Positions 44,125 to 58,550 of a stretch of 64,000 bases of DNA are shown here, one piece after another. The DNA is from the human T2T-CHM13v2.0 reference genome, Homo sapiens, in the NCBI RefSeq assembly GCF_009914755.1, contig NC_060935.1; one strand, written 5' to 3'. Every line of letters begins with the position of its first letter. The stretch's first letter is position 1. The notes beneath the pieces were generated by a model. The model was not told the DNA's origin, did no database searches, and worked only from the letters and a program-made list of their open reading frames with translations. The position numbers were made by a program, and so were the translations under genes.

Positions 44125-44345
44125 GTTTAAAAGCTCAAAGTCTGGAACTTGCATGCCTGGGATTGAATCCTATTCTGATTCTCACTGCCTCTCTGATCTT
44201 AGACAATTGATTTCCTCTCTATGCCTCAGCATCCTTAACTGGAAAACAGAGATGTGCATTAGAACTATGTCATAGAGTTGTCCTGAGGATGCAAGGAATA
44301 ATTACTTTCAAGGACATGCTGGCAACTGAGGAAGAGCACAGCTCA
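44125..44345 (+). mobile_element. MIR
   Basis: gcctgggattgaatcc...ctctgatcttagacaatt...atgcctcagcatccttaactggaaaacagag. Confidence 0.7.
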
Positions 44346-45104
44346 TGTCCGTGACTATGTTAACTGCAGGAAGTTAACATCACGGTATGTTCTGCCAACA
44401 GGGAACACTACTCAAATCTAAGCCAACATTCGAGGACAATATGCTAGTTCCTGGCTCTTAGGCATATAGTACATGAAGAACCCAAGTATAGGCCTATTTA
44501 TCTTGTCTGTGGCTTAAAGTCACATTTCAAGAAGCAGTGAAGAGGAAGGTAATAGGTTGTGAAATGCAGATCTGGAGTGGCTTAATCACCTCATACATCA
44601 AATCAGGATTGAGTCGGGACACTGATGTTAAAGTAAGTCTAACAGTGTGAAAACTACGTGACTCTTTGGCATCCTCAGGGAAACTAAGTCATCAGTAGAC
44701 CATCATGCCTTAATGGCAGTGTCTTGTCTCGGTCTTATCAAGGCCCCCCTGCAAGTGAAATTGTTCAGCTCCTCTAAGAGTTAGTATTTATCAATCATGC
44801 CTCATTGTTGGATTAAATATATTAATATAATCCTCATCCAATTTGATAGGTCTGGGGTGGGACATGAAATATATAATTTTTACCAGAACCTGAAAAATTT
44901 CCATAATCAGGAAAATTTAGTCAAAATTTGGAAACACTACTCCAAGAGGATATGTAACTCCTGAACTTAACCTTGGGTCCAGGGAACAGCTTCCCAAGCC
45001 AACTTCCAGTAGGAGCCAGAGGGCATTGAAGCAGTTGTCCATATGGTCCTTTGTCTTGTTTTCTGGTGTCTTTACATGCTGTAAATCCACATGGTTCCCT
45101 TTAT

Positions 45105-45928
<824 letters not shown>

Positions 45929-47429
45929 ATGGTTCCCTTTATCTAAGTGGATTCCTGGTCCCGGGTGCCATAGCGCTGGGGCCTGTACTTCAGTGGCAAA
46001 ATTTCTTCTTTACCTCTCCCTTTGGGAACTATCATTTGCCAGTTGGTCTTGATTTGCTGAACATTTTTGCCTTTTCCAGCCTATATCTGCCCAAGGAGCT
46101 GTACACAGACAGATGGACAGTCTTGCATGCCAAGAGGCATGGTTGTCATGATAACTATGGTAGAAATAATCACCATAATAGTCATATGGTTGCACTAACT
46201 CCTAACGTGGGCTATGCTTCTCACCTTCTACCATTATCAAGGGCTGATTTTCTCCATCAACATAGAATTTTTTAAATAGGTAACGTGTTTCATGAACCAA
46301 ATAAGCAAAGGAAGATACAGGGTAAATGATTTTAACAAATTTCTAGCTAATTGTAGACAAATTCCTAGTTAGTATGGTCTTAGCGATGGGGAAGGGGAGA
46401 GGAAGAATAGACCCTCCTATCTGCTATATCTTGAAGTTATACAAATGCTTTCAGATGAATCTGTTTCTGAGTCATGTTTCTGTGTGAACTATAAGGAAGA
46501 AAAGCAAGATCTAAAAGAGAGGATATGGGGCACACCTGCATTGTTAAATGATACCATAAAACCCTATTCAGGAAAGTGGATAGATACTCAAGACCAAAAG
46601 ACATGCTTTCTGATGACAATCTCTACATGTTCATGTATTATAGACATGTTTTATGAAGCTGTACAAGAATTTCCCAGAGGATCTGTCACCTTTACCCACC
46701 ACCCTGTGCTCTGCTGACACGGGCAGTTTCTCTCCTGAGCCACCTGCTTCTTAAAGACACAGCATCACCCTCACTGTGAGTTCTACAGGCTTCTCTCCAC
46801 CCATCTTGTTGTCTTTGGTCCTTTCCTTCCCTTCCATTTTTACTTTCTCTTTTTTCTGGTACTTTTTATTTATTTATCAGGCTCTCCCTTCTTCACCCTT
46901 GCATCCTCTTTTTAAGCATTAATAGTGCCTCCTGGCCAGCACCAATGTGCCAGTTCTCCCATCACAGTTCCTTCTGTGTTTGCCTTTGTTGTCCCCAGTT
47001 ACACATCACATCTCCTCCTCCTTCTCTTAAGCTCCTGCTCTCCTTGCACCCTTCCTGGTTGCTTTCCTCAGAACACACAGGCTGACAGAATGGGGCCACG
47101 GAATACAGTTGCAATAACGTCAGCAGCTCAGGGGACAAAAATGAAAAGGGGAGAAAAGGAAAAAGATGGTTTTAATTAGATATCCATGCCACTGACTCAC
47201 ACTTAATATGCAAATTTTTAGCCCTTCCATTGTTAAGTGAAACAAGAGTTTTATTTAAATGTGAAAATGGCTGGGAGATGAGAAGGGGTAATTAAGTAGC
47301 AGTAAAATGTAAACCCTGGTTCACAGTGCCTGTAATAACATATGGAAGCACAGGAATCCTGCTCACTGGAGAGAGTGGGGCGCCTTGGCTTAACAATCCT
47401 CTCTCACGATGACGATGATAACACACATA

Positions 47430-47640
47430 CTTTTATGTGCCTCTAGTGGATTCTGGTTCAAAAGCAGTTTCGCATCCCTTATAGCTGATCCTCACAGCAA
47501 TATTCACAGGAGTTCAGGGGTGACTGATGGGCTCCATTTTACAGATGAGAACTAGAGGCTCAAAAATGGTAGGTGACTTATTCAAGGTCCCCTGGCAGCA
47601 GAGTCACCTGGGGTCTTCCCCCGCTATTCTACACTGCCAG
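47430..47640 (-). mobile_element. MIR
   Basis: ctccattttacagatgagaactagaggctcaaa...ggtgacttattcaaggtc. Confidence 0.75.
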
Positions 47641-47994
47641 TGCAGAAGCTAGCACTACGCTTGGGATATAGGCACTAAGGAAACTGGTTGATTACAAAGG
47701 CAATGTTGAAGAACCTGAGTTTAACAATATTTTTGCATCTCCGTTGGCTGGTGATGTTTTATTGGAACTTTGAGGCTACACTTTTTTCCTGAGGTGTCAG
47801 GAAAATTGCTACCCTATCTCAAAGGTTCTCCTTGGTGCCATTATTAGTACCTAGAACCAACACAGTACTTGGAAAACTGAAATTCACAGCAGTCAGTGCA
47901 CGTAGTAATTACCACAACTTCTACTGATAGAAGGTATTGATCACTTATGCATTGTCAGGCAGCATACATTTTCCTGTCCCCACTATTGCATTTG

Positions 47995-50900
47995 GTGCTT
48001 TACCTACAAGAATACAATTCTATTAGCAAATAAAATCTAACAATGCATTAAAAATATGGTGTGTCTGAAACTAATGCCAAGAATGAAAAAAAGTATCAAT
48101 ATTATAACTGAGGAACTCTAAAAATTTAAAAAACAATGAGTTTAATAAAACTTAAACATTTATTTATAATATCTCAATAAGTGAGATCTTGAAAATAGAA
48201 ACTAGCATTATAACTAGTACAAAAACCACTAGAGGCAATTTGATGATAACAGAATGAAGACAAAGGATGCTAGTTATAATTATTAATATTGAATATTTTT
48301 CAGAAATTTAGCCAATGCAATGAGGTCAGAAAAAATGAAGGAATACATAAAGAAAAAGAAGAAAAATCATCTTTATTTAAAATAGATATGGTTTTCTACC
48401 TCAATGATCCAAGGACTGTATATTTTATCTCGTTTGCAAAATTGAAGAAAATACAGATGTGGTAGCTATCTCTTAGAGTAACCTAGCATATTAAAGATAT
48501 AATGGTATCTTTTATGCACCTTTGTTAAAAGCAAGGAGAGATATCTGCTTCAAAATTGTATTGAAATAGAAGACCCAAATGCATCTCTCAGCTTCTCACT
48601 AAGATAACTTGCAAAAACTTGGAAATAAATGATACTCATATTTTTGGGAAAAGTAAGATTGAAGAATAATCTAGTTCCTAAAATCAATCAAACAATACTA
48701 ATAAGGAAGATAGACTTGATTTAATTAATAGAGACAATGCTCAAATCATGGCATGCCTTATCTTTATGAAACAAAGATTTCAAAGAGGACAAGAAGTAAG
48801 TACACGCCTCCATAGCTATCGTTACCCTTATGCAGATAATAAAGCTTCAAAAAGGGAGGCCGAGCAGCCATTAACAATACAAGCGCTGACTTGGATGGAC
48901 GCATTCGCTATTTACTGCTGACTAAAAAGTCACCTCAAAAATTAGTGGCTCCAAGCAATGCATATTTATTATCTCACACTATATCTGTGGGTCAGGAATT
49001 CAGAGCTGTGTCTCTTTTGGTCCAGGCTTTCTCATGAGGGTGCAGTCATGATATCACTTGGTGCTGCAGTCATTTGAATGTTGACCCAGGCTGGAGGATC
49101 CACTTGGAAGTGGAGGATGCACTTCCCAGGCGGCTTGCAGGCTCCAGGCTCCAGGCTGGCAGGTTAAATGTAGGTTGTTGGCAGGAGTTTCTCACCACAA
49201 GAACTCTCGGTGTCGTCAGGGCATGGCATGGCAGCTGGCTGCTCTCAGAATGACTTGTCGGGAGAGAGAGGGTAAGACACAGGGTAAGCGTGGCCTTTAT
49301 GACTTGGCTGGGGAGCCACGGGCTATTGTGTGGCTGTATGCTATGGTCATGCAGACCAGCACTGATGCAACACGGTGAAGAGTGCTCAAGGGTGTGAATA
49401 TCAGGAGGCGGGGTCACTGAGGTCCCCCTGGAGTCTACCCTCATAGACTTTCTAAGCAATCACAATGGGCTTGCAATACCAATGCAGCTTCAAACCAGAG
49501 GAGTCAATGAGTGCCCCCCAAGCCCTAAATTATTCAAATTCTTCAACCATTACCATGCATCAGAGATCTCAGAGGACAAGAAAAAAAGTACCATTTCATA
49601 AAGAGAAGTATAACAGGTGGAAGCTAGAGACTGTGAAATAAACCAGAAGCTCTGCAGCCTAATAAATATTTGAAGAGTAGAATTAAAACAGGACTCAAAA
49701 TTTACTCAAAAGGCAGAGAATAGGGGTAAGGCACCATCCACTTACCACACAGATCACACCAATTTCGAGAATGAGTATTGAGAAAATACTGTAGAAAAAA
49801 GGAAAATAAAGACTAGTCACAAAAATTCCAGGAAGACCGTGCTTTAATAAATGACTTCTATTGTACAGCAGTGTGAATGTACTCAATTCATGTGATCGAG
49901 CCGTACACTTAAAAAGGTTAAAGTGGTAAGTTTTATGCTATGTGCACCATATCACAATAAAAAAATCGGCTTCCAGAACCCTAATTAAAATTGTAGACAG
50001 CCACCTGACAACCTCCACAGAAGCAGAAAAGTACAGCCTTCAGGAAAAGGCTTAAGGGGCAAAAGATGGAAAAGAATGACATAGACCAGAGCCGAAGAAG
50101 AAAAGTTGTTGAGATGAACGAAAACGTCCAATTAGTTAGATATGGAGAGCAAGCAAGTGACCTTAAAACAGCAACAAAATTTAAATCTCCATCAGAAGTA
50201 AAACATATCAGATGTGAGGCTTCAAAAAATCAAATCAACAGAGTGAATTTCAAACCTGAGCAGCTCTCCCGGGATACAGAAGAAAAGACAGAAGGAGATT
50301 AAGAAAGCAAGAGAAAGACAAAAGATCTGAAGGAAACAGAAGAAAGAGCCAACACACGTGGAACTAAGTTTCCTTAGAACGAGCTACAACAGAACCAACC
50401 ATTAAATATTTAACACATGCCCACTTTCTGCGAAAAAAAAAAAAAATCTATGTGTGTGCCTAATAACAGACTTACTGCATATTAGGAGAATTCAGAAGAG
50501 ACACATCACATCTCCCGGAAAGAATTTTCAACCTCACAGATAAAGGCATATCTTCTTATCTTCACACAGAAAATGGATTACTCATACAATTACAACTATC
50601 AGAAAAGAAGACCTCAGCTTGCTCTACTTCATCACTAAATGCCAAATATAATGAAGGGGTAACCACAGGAGTTTTAAGGGTAAAGATTGTGACCTTTGGA
50701 TTTTATGCTCAGGAAATACTCCAATTGCATTTGACAGCAACAAAAAAATCTTCATAGGTAAACACTTCTTGAGGGATAGTCTGTGTTATGATTGTATCTC
50801 TAGCACCTAGTCCAGCTATTATTGCAAAACAGGTTTTCAATAAATGTTTATCACCTGAAGGAAGACATATCCTAAGAATCAGAAAATACAACAATCACAC

Positions 50901-52710
50901 ATCTTTTTAGTAAAACGTCTTGAAATGTATTCCAATGAACTTAAGATGAAGCAAAGGGAAAAGCTAACTAGTGTCACCTACAAAGGAATCATAATATGAA
51001 AGAATGAGGTGGAAGAATTGTTATAAATCTGATAATTAAGCTAAATGAAAATGCCAATGTCTCAACATGTAAACGTGGATTGTGACTTCAAAAGGTGATT
51101 TTGATAGTCTGAGAAACACAGTGCCAAGATAGGAAGGAGGATGAAAGGAGGCTGCCGCAATTCTTACCTCCCATAGAGGAAGTGAGGAAACATTTACTCA
51201 GCTTGAATAATAAGACTCACACAGGCTGCAAATGCTCCTGGAAAATATAAATCTAACCACCACTATAAAAAATCAAATATTTATTTCAAAAAACTATAGA
51301 GGATAAAATCAAAGAAAATTTGTTTCAAATAGCACAAGATACAAAACATGAAAGCTACTAGACAGAACAAAAAGAGGAAAACAAAAAGCTGACGAGAAAC
51401 AAACACATCAGTTTTAATACCTGCAAGTGGGTTAAACTCCCCATTATAATGAAAAAAAGGCTTCAGTGGGATTAAAAAAAAGATAACAGAATATATTTCT
51501 GCTCTGTTTACAAAAGCTATATCTAAATCAGACTAATACAAATCTTTTTTAAAAGGCTGAGCAAATGTACATTTAGTATTAACAAAATCAAAGTAGGAAA
51601 TACAATCTTAAAGTTAGATAAGGTTAACTGTAAGCCTAAAACATTAAATTGTAAAAAAAAAAAAAAATTATACTGATAAAAGAAGCAATTCCTATTAAAG
51701 CTCTAATTATTTTTGAATTTTATGTGTAAAATACAAAAATAAAGCAAAAAGTATTAAAATGCATAGATAAGCTGAAAACACTTTATTAAAATCTGGTATT
51801 ACTCATTTTTGCTTTCATAAAGTTTAGAGAAGCAAACAATGCAATATGGCTATGCACAATCTGAATAACAGAATTCTCTCTCAGTTTGGATGTTTATGTT
51901 TAATATTTATCTTGTACTGTAGTATTAATGAAGTATTTTATACCATATGAATTATATATAACTATAGGTATATTCAATTACATATACTTTGTACAATGTT
52001 TATATAATGTATACTATTGTGTGCTCATACATTAACATAAATATCTATAAACTTGACAACTATCGAACAGTTATCAAAATTGAACCTATACATTTCCGAA
52101 ATTAATTCAAAGGTAAAATTTCTGAATTAAAAACAACAAAATTTTTTTTTAAATTGCCAAAAAATACTCACAAACTAGGTTTGAACCTGAATAACTATAG
52201 AGACAATTTTTCTCTAACATTTAAGGAATATAATTTTTTAATTATATTTTAAACAATTCATAGTTCAAATAGAGGATCTATCAATTAATTTGAGTATGGT
52301 GTTGTAAACAAAACTTACAGACATGTTTCTTAAAAATATGATAAACTAGAGATATTCCTAGTTATAACTACTAAAGCAAAAACAGTAAATATGAGAGTAA
52401 AAAAGAATGTTTTCACATTAAAAAATAAACATCATTTTAAAATCATACATATGGCTGAAAGGGAAAAAATAATATGACTATTTTTGTAACTTATCTAAGA
52501 AGAAAATTTGATAACACCTATCTTTTCCTGACTAAACATTTTATTGAAATGGGAAAAGGGGTATTCTTCTTTAAGTGGTAAAGGAGCTCTCTGAAACCAT
52601 CATCATACCTAATAGAAAACACTAGAAATATTGCTATTACAATAATAAAAATGGCAAGGTAACCGTTAACCATTACTATTATTAAATACTGCTTTGGAAT
52701 ACGTTGATAT
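47995..52710 (+). mobile_element. Fragmented ancient L1M (ORF1/ORF2 relics)
   Basis: A-rich with degraded L1-like blocks (e.g. agtgggttaaactccccatt, catcatacctaatagaaaacactagaa); boundaries approximate. Confidence 0.55.
48905..49445 (-). mobile_element. MLT1 (MLT1F/G-like) LTR
   Basis: aaaattagtggctccaagcaa...tttattatctcac...ctgtgggtcaggaattcag...agggtgtgaatatcaggaggcggggtcactg. Confidence 0.78.
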
Positions 52711-52711
52711 C

Positions 52712-55700
52712 AGTTATTTTTAAACTCTTTCAGAAAATAAATAAAGGGAAAACATGTCCCAACTCATTTTATGAGGCCAGAATTACTGATACCAAAACCA
52801 GTCAGTAACATTACAGACCAATTGCCCTCATGAACAAAACAGATGGAAAATCAGTAACAAAATATTGACAAAGTTAATCAACTAATGCAAAAAAGGATAG
52901 TATGAGTATGTCATGACCACATCAGATTTATTCTTGGTTGCAAGGTTGGTCTACCATTAAAAAATCATTTCACATAATTAATCATATAATCATTTCAATG
53001 GATGCCAAAAAAAAACATTGGACAAAATGGAAGATCTATTCACACACACACTCTGTTATGGTTTGGCCATGTCCCAACCTAAATCTCATCTTGCATTGTA
53101 TCTCCCAGAATTCCCATGTGTTGTGGGAAGGACCCAGGGGGAGGTAATTGAAGCATGGGGGTCTTTCCCATGCTATTCTCGTGATAGTGAATAGGTCTTA
53201 TGAGATCTAATGGGCAATTATTAGGGGTTTCCGCTTTTGCTTTTTCCTCATTTTCTCTTGTCACCACCATGTAAGAAGTGCCTTTGCCTCCCACCATGAT
53301 TCTAAGGCCTCCCCAGACATGTGGAACTTAAGTCCAATTAAACCTCTTTTTCTTCCCAGTCTTGGGTATGTCTTTATCAGCAGCGTGAAAATGGACTAAT
53401 ACAGTAAATTGGTACCAGAAGTGGGATGCTGCTGAAAAGATACGTGAAAATGTGGAAGTGACTTTGTAACTGGGTAACAGGCAGATGTTGGAACAGTTTG
53501 GAGGTCTCAGAAGAAGACAGGAACATGTGGAAAAGTTTGGACCTCCCTAAATACTTGTCAATGGTTTTGACCAAAGTGCCAATAATGATATGAATAATAA
53601 GGTCCAGGCTGAGGTAGTCTCAGATGGAGATGAGGAACTTGTTGGGAAGTGGAGCAAAGGTGACTCTTGGTATGTTTCAGCAAAGACACTGGTGGCATTT
53701 TGTCCTTGTCCTACAGATTTGTGGAACTTTGAAGTTGAGAGAGATGATTTTGGGTATCTGGCAGAAGAAATTTATAAGCAGCAAAGCATTCAAGAGGTGA
53801 CTGTTAAAGGGTACTGTTAAAGGCATTCAGTTTTAAAAGGGAAACAGAGCATAAATGTTCAGAAAATTTGCAGCCTGACTACGTGATAGAAAAAAAAAAT
53901 TTCTAGGGAGAAATTCAAGCCAGCTGCAGAAATTTGAGCAAGTAGCAAGGAGCCTAATGTTAATTCCCAAGACCATGGGGGAAATGTCTCCAGGATGTCA
54001 GAGACCTTGATAGCAGCCCCTCCCATCACAGGCTCAGAGGCCCAGGAGGAAAAAGTGATTTTGTGGGCCAGGCCCAGGGTCCTCGTATTGTGTGCAGCCT
54101 AGGGACTTGGTGCCCTGTGTTGCAGCTGAGCCACTGTGGCTGAAAGGGGCACATGTACAGCGCAGGCTGTGGCTTCAGAGGGTGGAAATCCCAAGGCTTG
54201 GCAGCTTCCATGTGATGTTGAGCCTGCAGGTGCACAGAAGTCAAGAATTAAGGTTTGAGGACTTTCACCTAGATTTCAGAAGATGTATGGAAACGCTTGG
54301 ATGCCCAGGCAAAAGTTTGCTGCAGGGGTGGGGCCCTCATGGAGAACCTCTGCTAGGGCAGTGCAGAAGGGATATGTGGGGTGAGAGCTCCCACCTAGAG
54401 TCCCTACTGGGGCACTGCCTAGTTGAGCTGTGAGAAGAGGGCTACTGTCCTTCAGACTGCAGAATGGTAGATCTACCAACAGCTTGCACTGTGTGCATGG
54501 AAAAACCACAGATACTCAATGCCAGCCCGTGAAAGCAGTTGGGAGGGAAGCTGTACCCTGTAAACCCACAGAGGCAGAGCTGCCCAAGACCATGGGAACC
54601 CACCTCTTGCATCAGCATGACCTGGAAGTGAGACCTGGAGTCAAAGGAGATCATTTTGGAGCTTTAAAATTTGACCACAATGTTGGATTTTGGACTTGCA
54701 TGGTCCCTGTAATCCCTTTGTTTTGGCCAATTTCTCCCTTTTGGAATGACTATATTTACCCAGTATCTGTACCCCCATCGTATCTAGGAAGTAACTAGCT
54801 TGCTTTTGATTTTACAGGCTCATAGGTGGAAGGGACTTGTCTTGTCTCAGATGGGACTTTGGACTGTGGACTTTTGGGTTAATGTTGAAATGAGTTAAGA
54901 CTTTGGGGGACTGTTGGGAAGGCATGATTGGTTTTGAAATGTGAGGACATGAGATTTGGAGGGGCCAGGGGCAGAGTAATATTATTTGGCTTTGTCCCCA
55001 CCCAAATCTCATCTTGAATTGTATCTCCCAGAATTCCCGTATGTTCTGGGAAAGACCCAGGGTGAGGTAATTGAATCATGGGGCCCAGTCTTTCCTGTGC
55101 TATTATTTTGATAGTGTATTAAGTCTCACAAGATCTGATGGGTTTATCAGGGCTTTCCACTTTTGCTTCTTCCTCATTTTCTCTTGCTGCCACCATGTAA
55201 GAAATACCTTTTGCCTCTTGCCATGATTCTGAGGCTTCCCCAGCCATGTGGAACTGTTAAGTCCAATTAAACCTCTTTTTGTTCCTATGTCTTTATCAGC
55301 AGCATGAAAACGGACTAATAAACACACATACACACAAATCAGCTACTAGGAATAGAAAATAACTTCTCAATCTGATAAAGATCATCTGTAAAAAACCTAC
55401 AGATAATATTATTCTTAATGGGAAAAATAAAGTGTTTTTCCTCTAATCAGAAATTAGACAAGGATGTCAGTATTACAATGTATTTTTAATATCATGTTAC
55501 TGGAGAACTGAGCCAGTATAATAAGACAAGAAAAATTAATAAGAGGCATACTGACTGGTATGAAAGAGTAAAACTATCTCCTCATAGAGGACATATCATT
55601 TATGTAAAAAATCTTAAGTATCTAAAAAAAGTACTAGAATCAAGGAATACATTTAGCTGTCACAGTAGGCAAGGTCAATATAAAAAAGTCAATTGTATCT

Positions 55701-57500
55701 CTGTGTATTTTCAATGAACAATTGAGGTTTTTAAAATTTCCTTTATAATCATTCAAAAATATGACATAATTTGGAACCATACACTGAAAGCCATAAAACA
55801 CTGTTGAGAAAAATTAGCCAAGACTTAATAAGTGGAAGAATATATTTTAAGGCTTGGAAAAACTCAATACTATTAAATGTCAACTGTTCCAAAATTAACA
55901 TATAATTTAAATGCATTCCCAATCAAAATCTTAACATCTTTTTGGTAAATATTGTCAAACTGATTATAAAATTATATGAAAATACAAAGGACATAGATTG
56001 GCCACTATTTTGAAAAAAACAAGTTTGGCAATCTACATTGTCTGATTTCAAAACATTAACAGTGATTGTAATCAAAACAGTATGGTTCAGGCATAAGAAT
56101 AGACATATAGATGAATAGAAAATAAGAGAGATTCCCAGAAAGAAACCAGTCAATTGATTTTCAACAAAAAAACTAAGGTAATTCATTAGAAAAAGATTAT
56201 GTTTTCCACAGATGCTTTTGGATTAACTGTAGAGCTGTATGGAAAAAAAATGAATCTCAAATGTTAGCTCATACCATGCACATAAACTAACTCACATGGA
56301 TCTTACAGCTAAACAAAAAAGTTACAGTTCTAAAACATCTAGAAAAAAAACAGAATATAATGTTTTTAACCTCCATTAAGTGTGAAATATTGATAAATTT
56401 GGACTTCATCCAAATGTAAAACTGAATTCCTTTACAAGATTCCTTTAGAAGCACCATTAAGAAAATGAGAAGGCAGAGCATAGGCTAAGAGAAATTATTC
56501 CGAATACATATAGCTAACATAGGACATGTATCTAGAATATATAAATTATGACTCCATAATAAAAGATAAACAGCCCAGTTAGAAACAGTCAGAAGATTTC
56601 AACCACTACTTCACAAAATTAGATATACCAATGGCCAATGACCATGTGAAAAATATGCCCAAACTCATTAATCCTCAGAGAAAAACAACTCATAACCAAA
56701 TATGTTTTAGCCTACACAGTTATTAGAATAGATAATATTTCAAAGACAGGATACTATACAATGGCAAGCCTGTGGAACAGCTATAGTGCTTATAGGAATA
56801 CAAATTGGTACAACCACTTTGGAAAATGGTTTGGTGGCTTTTTGTAACGTCAAGTATAAACTTACTATACGACTTACCAATTCTGCTCCTAAGTATTTAC
56901 TCAAGAAAATTGTAAACATATGTCCAGAAAAAGGCCTGTACATACGTGTTTATAGCAGCTTTACTCATAATAGCCAAAAAGTAGAAACAACCAAATGTCC
57001 ACCCAACTGGCATATGAGTAAACAAACAGTGGTACAATCATATAATAGAATGCCACTTAGCAATAAAAAAACCACACACAACATGAATAAAACTCAAAAG
57101 GTGAGTGAAGAAATCCAGAAACAAGAGTACATGTTCTAAAATTATACAAGATTTTACATTTTTTTCAGAGTGTAGATATGTGTGTAGGGTGCAATATATA
57201 GTTCATATACACATGTTTTAAATATATATTTGTGTCATGTAGATTATATATACATATAGAATGCATATACATATTTTGCTAAATATATACATGTAATATA
57301 TATATTAAACTCTAAAAAAGTCTAATATATAACAGCAGAAAACATATCAGTGTTTACCTCAAGTTGAAAGTGGGGATAGGTTTTGGGAAGAATAAGAAAC
57401 AGGGAAGCTTTTAAGGTAATGGTAATATGCTGTATCTTGAATAGGATAGTGATTATATAGATATATAAATTTGTCAAAACTCACCAAAAGCTGTGGTAAT
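52712..57500 (+). mobile_element. L1MB/MC-type ORF2 and 3'UTR, split by THE1A
   Basis: cccaactcattttatgaggccag; ttgcaaggttgg; acaaggatgtc; caaattggtacaaccactttggaaaa; tttgtcaaaactcac. Confidence 0.8.
53054..55322 (+). mobile_element. Full-length THE1A (LTR 53054-53403, internal 53404-54976, LTR 54977-55322)
   Basis: Two direct LTRs with THE1A-type ttgtatctcccagaattccc / ttccgcttttgcttcttcctc; internal begins gtaaattggtacc and ends in a purine tract; TSD cactc/cacac (4 of 5). Confidence 0.93.
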
Positions 57501-58169
57501 TTAAATTATGACCGCAAGATTTTTTTAAATAAAAAGCCCTTGTTCTTCCCTTATGTTCACTGTCTGTTTAGCCATTCATGATTCACTCTTCATGTACTTC
57601 TCAAACCTCATTACATATCAAGGTATAGATGTTTTCTTGATTTGTAGCCCTAATGTTAAGCAGAACAATGGTTAGTGCTGCTTAATGAAGAAGTTAAGAG
57701 AAGAAGCCTATTTGGTTTATGTTAGAAATGTGAGAAAATTATTATGGAAAGAGGAAAGCAGATAAGGGAAGAAAGTAGAGATCTGGGTAGCATAGAATTC
57801 TCATGGAATGTGGAAGGGAAAGAGAAAAGATTGCCAAACTGTGAGTGAAATAGAAAGACTGGCAAAAAAGCAACATTCAACTATTTTACTACCTGTTATG
57901 GAAAACATTTGTCCTTTGGGGACCCCTTTGAAGATTTGAATACAGATTTTGCTTACATTAATTTTTGTTTTTGTTTTCTTAGCGGGTGTGATCAAACTTG
58001 TTTCCATGGAAAGCAGTGTCATAATGGGACCATCAACAAATGAGTTCAACTTTACTTGGATTACAACAACTTCATACTTTATGCTTCAATAAGAAAAAAT
58101 GAATTTTATCCTTCTAAGTATACCATGCAATTTCCCATTTTCATGTCTTTTCTCTTATCTCCATTGCCT

Positions 58170-58550
58170 AGAATATTTCTCTTTGCCTCTACCTCACCCA
58201 TTTCATTTTCTTTCTTTTGAATAACTCTGAATCAATGTTTACAGCCAGATTAGCAGTCACCTCTTCCAGGATGCCATCCCTGATTCTTTCACATTTAACA
58301 ACTGGAGTTAAATGATCCTCTCCTGTGAACCTACAACATGATGAATATATCACTAATGCACCCACTTTTATTGTACTATAATTAAATGCTATTATGTCTG
58401 AGTCTTTCACTAAACTTTGAGCTTCCTGGAGAAAACTATAATTTTATTTATTCTTCTGTTTCAAACACAGTACATAACACGTAGCAGGCACCCCCTAATT
58501 CATTCTTGAATGACTGAACAAGTGCATGAATAAATAAATAATTGAAGGAA
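58170..58550 (+). mobile_element. L2 3' end
   Basis: gtcacctcttccaggatgccatccctga; ctaaactttgagcttcctggag; gtagcaggcac...gaatgactga. Confidence 0.7.

Noticed and set aside
43236-44487. Repeat-spacer-like pattern suggesting CRISPR
   Set aside because: Primate DNA, only three copies, irregular spacing, no cas genes.
50066-50302. Charged 78-aa ORF that looks protein-like
   Set aside because: Lies in an A-rich ancient L1M relic; probably decayed ORF1 sequence.
53054-55322. PRDM9 hotspot motif in THE1 LTRs
   Set aside because: The LTRs read cctccccagacat and cttccccagccat (and cctccccagccct in the 6207 LTR); none has the CCTCCCT/CCNCCNTNNCCNC form.
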